Origin: Elusimicrobiota bacterium
Lineage (GTDB): Bacteria; Elusimicrobiota; Endomicrobiia; CG1-02-37-114; JAHJSO01
Length of the DNA: 64,000 bases
Direction of reading: 5' to 3'
Assembly (NCBI GenBank): GCA_043826435.1
Contig: JBDRQF010000007.1
Span: 11,724 to 75,723, forward strand
The notes under the pieces were generated by a model. The model made no database searches. It was not told where the DNA came from and saw only the letters and a program-made list of their open reading frames with translations. The translations under genes and the position numbers were made by a program. Shown one piece after another: positions 60,613 to 64,000 of the stretch (positions within the stretch are counted from its first letter, which is position 1; every line of letters starts with the position of its first letter).

Positions 60613-61122
60613 TTATTTTTTCACCTGTCCGCTTTTCCTGGTAATGATTTCGTAAATCTTTTTTATCCTCTGGTTGCCGGGTTGCTTTGCCAGTAGTATG
60701 TCGCAGTATTTTTTTGCCTGTTTGTAGTCGGCCTTTATGAAATGTATAAGGCAGAGTTGTTTAATCGCCGTCGTGTTTTCAGGGTCAATCTTCAGTGCCT
60801 CGTTGCAGAGTTTTTCGGCGGCGGCGTAATCGCGATGATAATAATGATACCATGCGCGGTAAACCTTGTTCCTTGCATTCAACTCGGGGGTGCTTGTTTC
60901 CACCCTTTTGGAGTAAACCCCGAAGTAAAAAATCAAACAGGCAAGCCCTATGCAAACCAGCCCGAATTTTTTCCGGTTTGCCAATAATTTTGAATTATCC
61001 AGGAATAACCTTTTTAAAAGGGTGTTTATGCGGAGTATAAATTCAGGGGAATAAAAGAAACCAAACCCTAGCAAAAACAGAACAAGGCAGAAAAGGGTTA
61101 TCAAAAATCTCATTATGGACAT
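60613..61122 (-). CDS. Membrane protein with C-terminal TPR
   Basis: Two hydrophobic segments; AEKLCNEALKIDPEN TPR. Confidence 0.7.
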   Translation of the reverse strand: MSIMRFLITLFCLVLFLLGFGFFYSPEFILRINTLLKRLFLDNSKLLANRKKFGLVCIGLACLIFYFGVYSKRVETSTPELNARNKVYRAWYHYYHRDYAAAEKLCNEALKIDPENTTAIKQLCLIHFIKADYKQAKKYCDILLAKQPGNQRIKKIYEIITRKSGQVKK

Positions 61123-61234
61123 TATATTATATTTTTATCCTTTTGTCAAATTTCGCCCCTGCCTCGGACGCGCCGCAGGTTGTGCCGCACGCCTTGCCGC
61201 CTACCGTGTTATTCACCTCCCCGTCCACCCCTGC

Positions 61235-61263
61235 TTGAAAAAATATTTTTTATTTGCTATTAT
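61235..61263 (+). promoter_or_regulatory. sigma70-type promoter for the cyclase operon
   Basis: TTGAAA-17-TATTAT with TG extension. Confidence 0.55.
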
Positions 61264-61400
61264 TTTTCTAGTTCAATAATTTCTACCCTGGCAAAGAATG
61301 AAACCGACTGGAGCGTTTTATTAATTGTTTTCAGTAACTTAAAAGACGTTGCGGACGCACTAATTAATACAAACGCAGAAAACAAATGGACATAAACATG

Positions 61401-61480
61401 GTCATTGCGAGCGACCGAAGGGAGCGTGGCAATCTCTTCAAAAACGAGATTGCTTCGTCGCTAACGCTCCTCGCAATGAC
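61401..61480. repeat. GTCATTGCGAG-type palindromic repeat
   Basis: GTCATTGCGAG...GCAATCTC...GAGATTGC...CTCGCAATGAC; same family as 22372-22450. Confidence 0.85.
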
Positions 61481-61537
61481 AAATGTCACAGATACTTAAT
61501 GCGTTTGTGTGAGGTTAACGCACGGGGGGTATTTAAA

Positions 61538-62299
61538 ATGAAACTTCTTGATTTAACGCAACCGTTATCCGTTCTTACGCCTGCCTGGCCGACTTACGAA
61601 CCCCTGCAGGTGAAATTTTTCAAACGGCTCGCCCCGAACGGCGCCAACGGGCAGTTGATAACGACGAGCAACCATGTAGGCACGCATCTGGACGGTTCCC
61701 TGCATTTCTGCACGCACGGCAGGGACATAGCGTCAATCCCGCTTGATGAGTTATACGGCGAGGCGGCGGTGGTTGATTTGTCCGACATAGCCGAGGACTA
61801 CGGTATATATACGTCTAAGGACATTATGGAACGGGTTGAGGTGAAAGAACGAGACATTCTCATTATCAACACGGGCTACCATAAATACGCATGGGACCAG
61901 CCGGAAGCCGACGAGGTTAGATATATGTGTAAACACCCGGGGCCAACAATGGAGTTCGCTGCATGGTGCAGGAAGATGAAATTCAAATGGATAGGGGTTG
62001 ACTGCGGTTCGGCGGACCACCCGATGAATACCAAAATAAGGGAATGGATGCCTGTCCTTGCAAAACAGTGCGAGGAGCATTTCCGGAAGAAGTTCAAGAA
62101 ATCAATTGACGAGATTTTTCCCCCCGAGGACTACCAACTCATGCATATAGACCTCTTCCCGCTGGATATAATTCACGCAGAGAATTTGGGGGGAGATATA
62201 GACAAATTACTTAACAGACGCACGGTTGTCGGTTGTTTTCCGTGGAGGTTCGTCGGCGGCGAGTCAAGCATCTGCAGAATAGTGGCTTTTGAAAAGTAA
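61538..62299 (+). CDS. Cyclase / kynurenine-formamidase-like metal hydrolase
   Basis: NHVGTHLDG..H, IGVD, HAENL; GGGGG RBS before ATG at 61538. Confidence 0.88.
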   Translation: MKLLDLTQPLSVLTPAWPTYEPLQVKFFKRLAPNGANGQLITTSNHVGTHLDGSLHFCTHGRDIASIPLDELYGEAAVVDLSDIAEDYGIYTSKDIMERVEVKERDILIINTGYHKYAWDQPEADEVRYMCKHPGPTMEFAAWCRKMKFKWIGVDCGSADHPMNTKIREWMPVLAKQCEEHFRKKFKKSIDEIFPPEDYQLMHIDLFPLDIIHAENLGGDIDKLLNRRTVVGCFPWRFVGGESSICRIVAFEK

Positions 62300-62374
62300 T
62301 TAAACTGTGCCAGGATGGTGGGGCGACGGAAGAGGTTTTAAATCAGGTGACCACAGAAAGGAGATTTTACTGAA

Positions 62375-63136
62375 ATGGAAAAAAACAAAGAGTACCACAT
62401 TGCACTCGGGAAAGGTGACGTAGGCAGGTATGTTCTGCTTCCCGGAGACCCGGGCAGGACCAAAAAGATTGCGGAGTATTTTGACGACGCAAAGGAGATG
62501 GCTTTCAACAGGGAATACAGGACGTTCACGGGGCATATCACCGGCTACGACGGTAAAAAAATAAAAATTTCCACCACGTCAACGGGGATCGGCTGCCCTT
62601 CAACGGCAATATGCGTTGAAGAACTCATCAAAATAGGCGCTGACACTTTCATACGGATAGGCACGGCTGGTTCATTGCAAAAAGAGGTTAAATTGGGTGA
62701 TGTGGTTATTACCACCGCATCCGTGCGGGAGGAAGGCACCACCCGGCAGTACGTGCCTCTTTCCTATCCCGCTGTGGCTGACCTGGACGTTACCAACGCA
62801 CTCGTAGGGGCGGCCAAAAGGAAGAGATTCAGGTGGCATGCGGGGATTGCGCACTGCAAGGACGCATTTTACACGGAAGGGGCAAAGGGCCTGCCGCTTA
62901 GCGAGCATAACGAGGAGATGTGGAATGCGTGGTACCGTTCAAACGTTCTTTCAACGTCAATGGAGTCGGCGGCGCTTTTTGTAGTATCTTCAATAAAAAA
63001 GGTCCGTGCCGGCGAAATACTCGCCATAATCGGGCTGACATGGAGCAATGCGCCGATAGTAAAGAAGGTAGGCGTGGAGGAAGCGATAAAGATTGCAATT
63101 GAAGCGGTAAAAATTCTTGATTCAGCAAAAAAATGA
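62375..63136 (+). CDS. Nucleoside phosphorylase (uridine-phosphorylase-like NP-I fold)
   Basis: YHI, LLPGDPGR, NREY, STGIGCPS, RIGTAG, MES. Confidence 0.88.
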   Translation: MEKNKEYHIALGKGDVGRYVLLPGDPGRTKKIAEYFDDAKEMAFNREYRTFTGHITGYDGKKIKISTTSTGIGCPSTAICVEELIKIGADTFIRIGTAGSLQKEVKLGDVVITTASVREEGTTRQYVPLSYPAVADLDVTNALVGAAKRKRFRWHAGIAHCKDAFYTEGAKGLPLSEHNEEMWNAWYRSNVLSTSMESAALFVVSSIKKVRAGEILAIIGLTWSNAPIVKKVGVEEAIKIAIEAVKILDSAKK

Positions 63137-63915
63137 AAAAGGATAAGGTTGTCGGAAAGCCCGGGTGCGCAATGAAGCGGGTGGGTATCTGCGGCGTACA
63201 GGTATCAGTTGAGCCGAACAACATTAAAAAAAACACTGAAAAATGCATCAGTTGGGCTGAGAAGGCGTTCAGCCGGTATTATCCTGATATAATAGTTTTT
63301 CCGGAGACGGTGTCCACCGGTTTCAACCCCGGTATGAACGTCCGGAAATTGCACGCACTCGTATCAAAAAACATGGAAACCGGACTCCGGCAGGTAAGGC
63401 ATTTCTGCAGGGCAAAAAAGGTTTTCATGCTGTGGACAACCTATGAGCCGGCAGAAAATAAATTCAGGTTGTTTAACACCGCATTCCTGATTAACAGGAC
63501 GGGAGAGATTGAGGCAAAATACAGGAAAGTACATATAGATGACACAGAACACTGGACGCTCCCGGGGGATAAATTTGAAACACCGGAAGTTTCGGGTATA
63601 AAGGTTGCAATAATGACGGGAACGGATGGCGATTATCCCGAAATGTATAAATTCTTTGCATCGCAGGATGCTCGGGTTATACTGAAGCCATCTGCAATAT
63701 CAAGCGAACAGATGAGAAATACTGAAATGTGGGAAGTAGTCCAAAGGGCGCATGCATTTATCAATAATGTTTATGTCGTCAGTGTTAACGCACTCGGCAG
63801 GGACGGTATAGGCAGGTACTATTTCGGGCACAGCATGATCGTTAATAAATCGGGAGATGTCGCCGGTTCCCTGAAATCAAACGAAGGAATAATCTACGCC
63901 GTAATAGACGGATAA
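63133..63915 (+). CDS. Carbon-nitrogen hydrolase (nitrilase superfamily) lacking the catalytic Cys
   Basis: VFPE, YRKVH, FGHSMIV; MTGTDGDYPE where xICYD is expected. Confidence 0.82.
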   Translation: MKKDKVVGKPGCAMKRVGICGVQVSVEPNNIKKNTEKCISWAEKAFSRYYPDIIVFPETVSTGFNPGMNVRKLHALVSKNMETGLRQVRHFCRAKKVFMLWTTYEPAENKFRLFNTAFLINRTGEIEAKYRKVHIDDTEHWTLPGDKFETPEVSGIKVAIMTGTDGDYPEMYKFFASQDARVILKPSAISSEQMRNTEMWEVVQRAHAFINNVYVVSVNALGRDGIGRYYFGHSMIVNKSGDVAGSLKSNEGIIYAVIDG

Positions 63916-63917
63916 TG

Positions 63918-63958
63918 CAACATTAGGGCATGCATTCGTATGTCCCTGTGTTAAATAT
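63918..63958. repeat. Short REP-like hairpin repeat, copy 2
   Basis: AACATTAGGGCATGC-ATTC-GTATGTCCCTGTGTT imperfect hairpin; shares 28 bp with 15088-15115. Confidence 0.6.
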
Positions 63959-64000
63959 AGCGCCGGCGTTCCTGATTTTTGCCGGATCGATGGGTGGCCG

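Noticed and set aside
61270..61315. Purine riboswitch (TTTCTACC...CCGACT)
   Set aside because: P2/P3 stems and loop-loop motifs are absent, and the predicted promoter leaves no room for the 5' half.

Overview
Bacterial chromosomal window centred on the replication-origin region (dnaA-dnaN-dciA/DUF721-gyrB...gyrA) of a probably anaerobic organism (rubrerythrin, four-subunit 2-oxoacid:ferredoxin oxidoreductase); the taxonomy cannot be established from the sequence. Most genes are housekeeping genes on the minus strand: recN-nadK, pncB, rpmH-rnpA-yidD-yidC-jag-mnmE, rsmA, pgi, cysS-ispDF, aroE, tRNA-Glu(CTC), and a cyclic beta-1,2-glucan synthase that runs off the left edge. Three AT-rich inserts without mobility genes sit co-oriented inside housekeeping gene runs: a frameshifted TMTC/TPR gene, a BsaWI-like R-M cassette with two MTases between gyrB and gyrA, and an HTH-containing orphan MTase with a probable REase remnant. 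Best leads: (1) GyrA with an AT-hook on a disordered N-terminal arm and Val at the Ser83 position; (2) a cyclase / atypical nucleoside phosphorylase / Cys-less nitrilase operon; (3) a DEDDh exonuclease-WYL fusion behind a decayed small-protein/nucleotidyltransferase pair; (4) a collagen-TPR protein next to the origin; (5) a bipartite oriC carrying a duplicated 50-bp dispersed repeat; (6) an inverted rpmH operon; (7) probable leaderless transcripts; (8) many in-frame GC-rich insertions in conserved proteins. Family calls come from motif recognition, not database searches.
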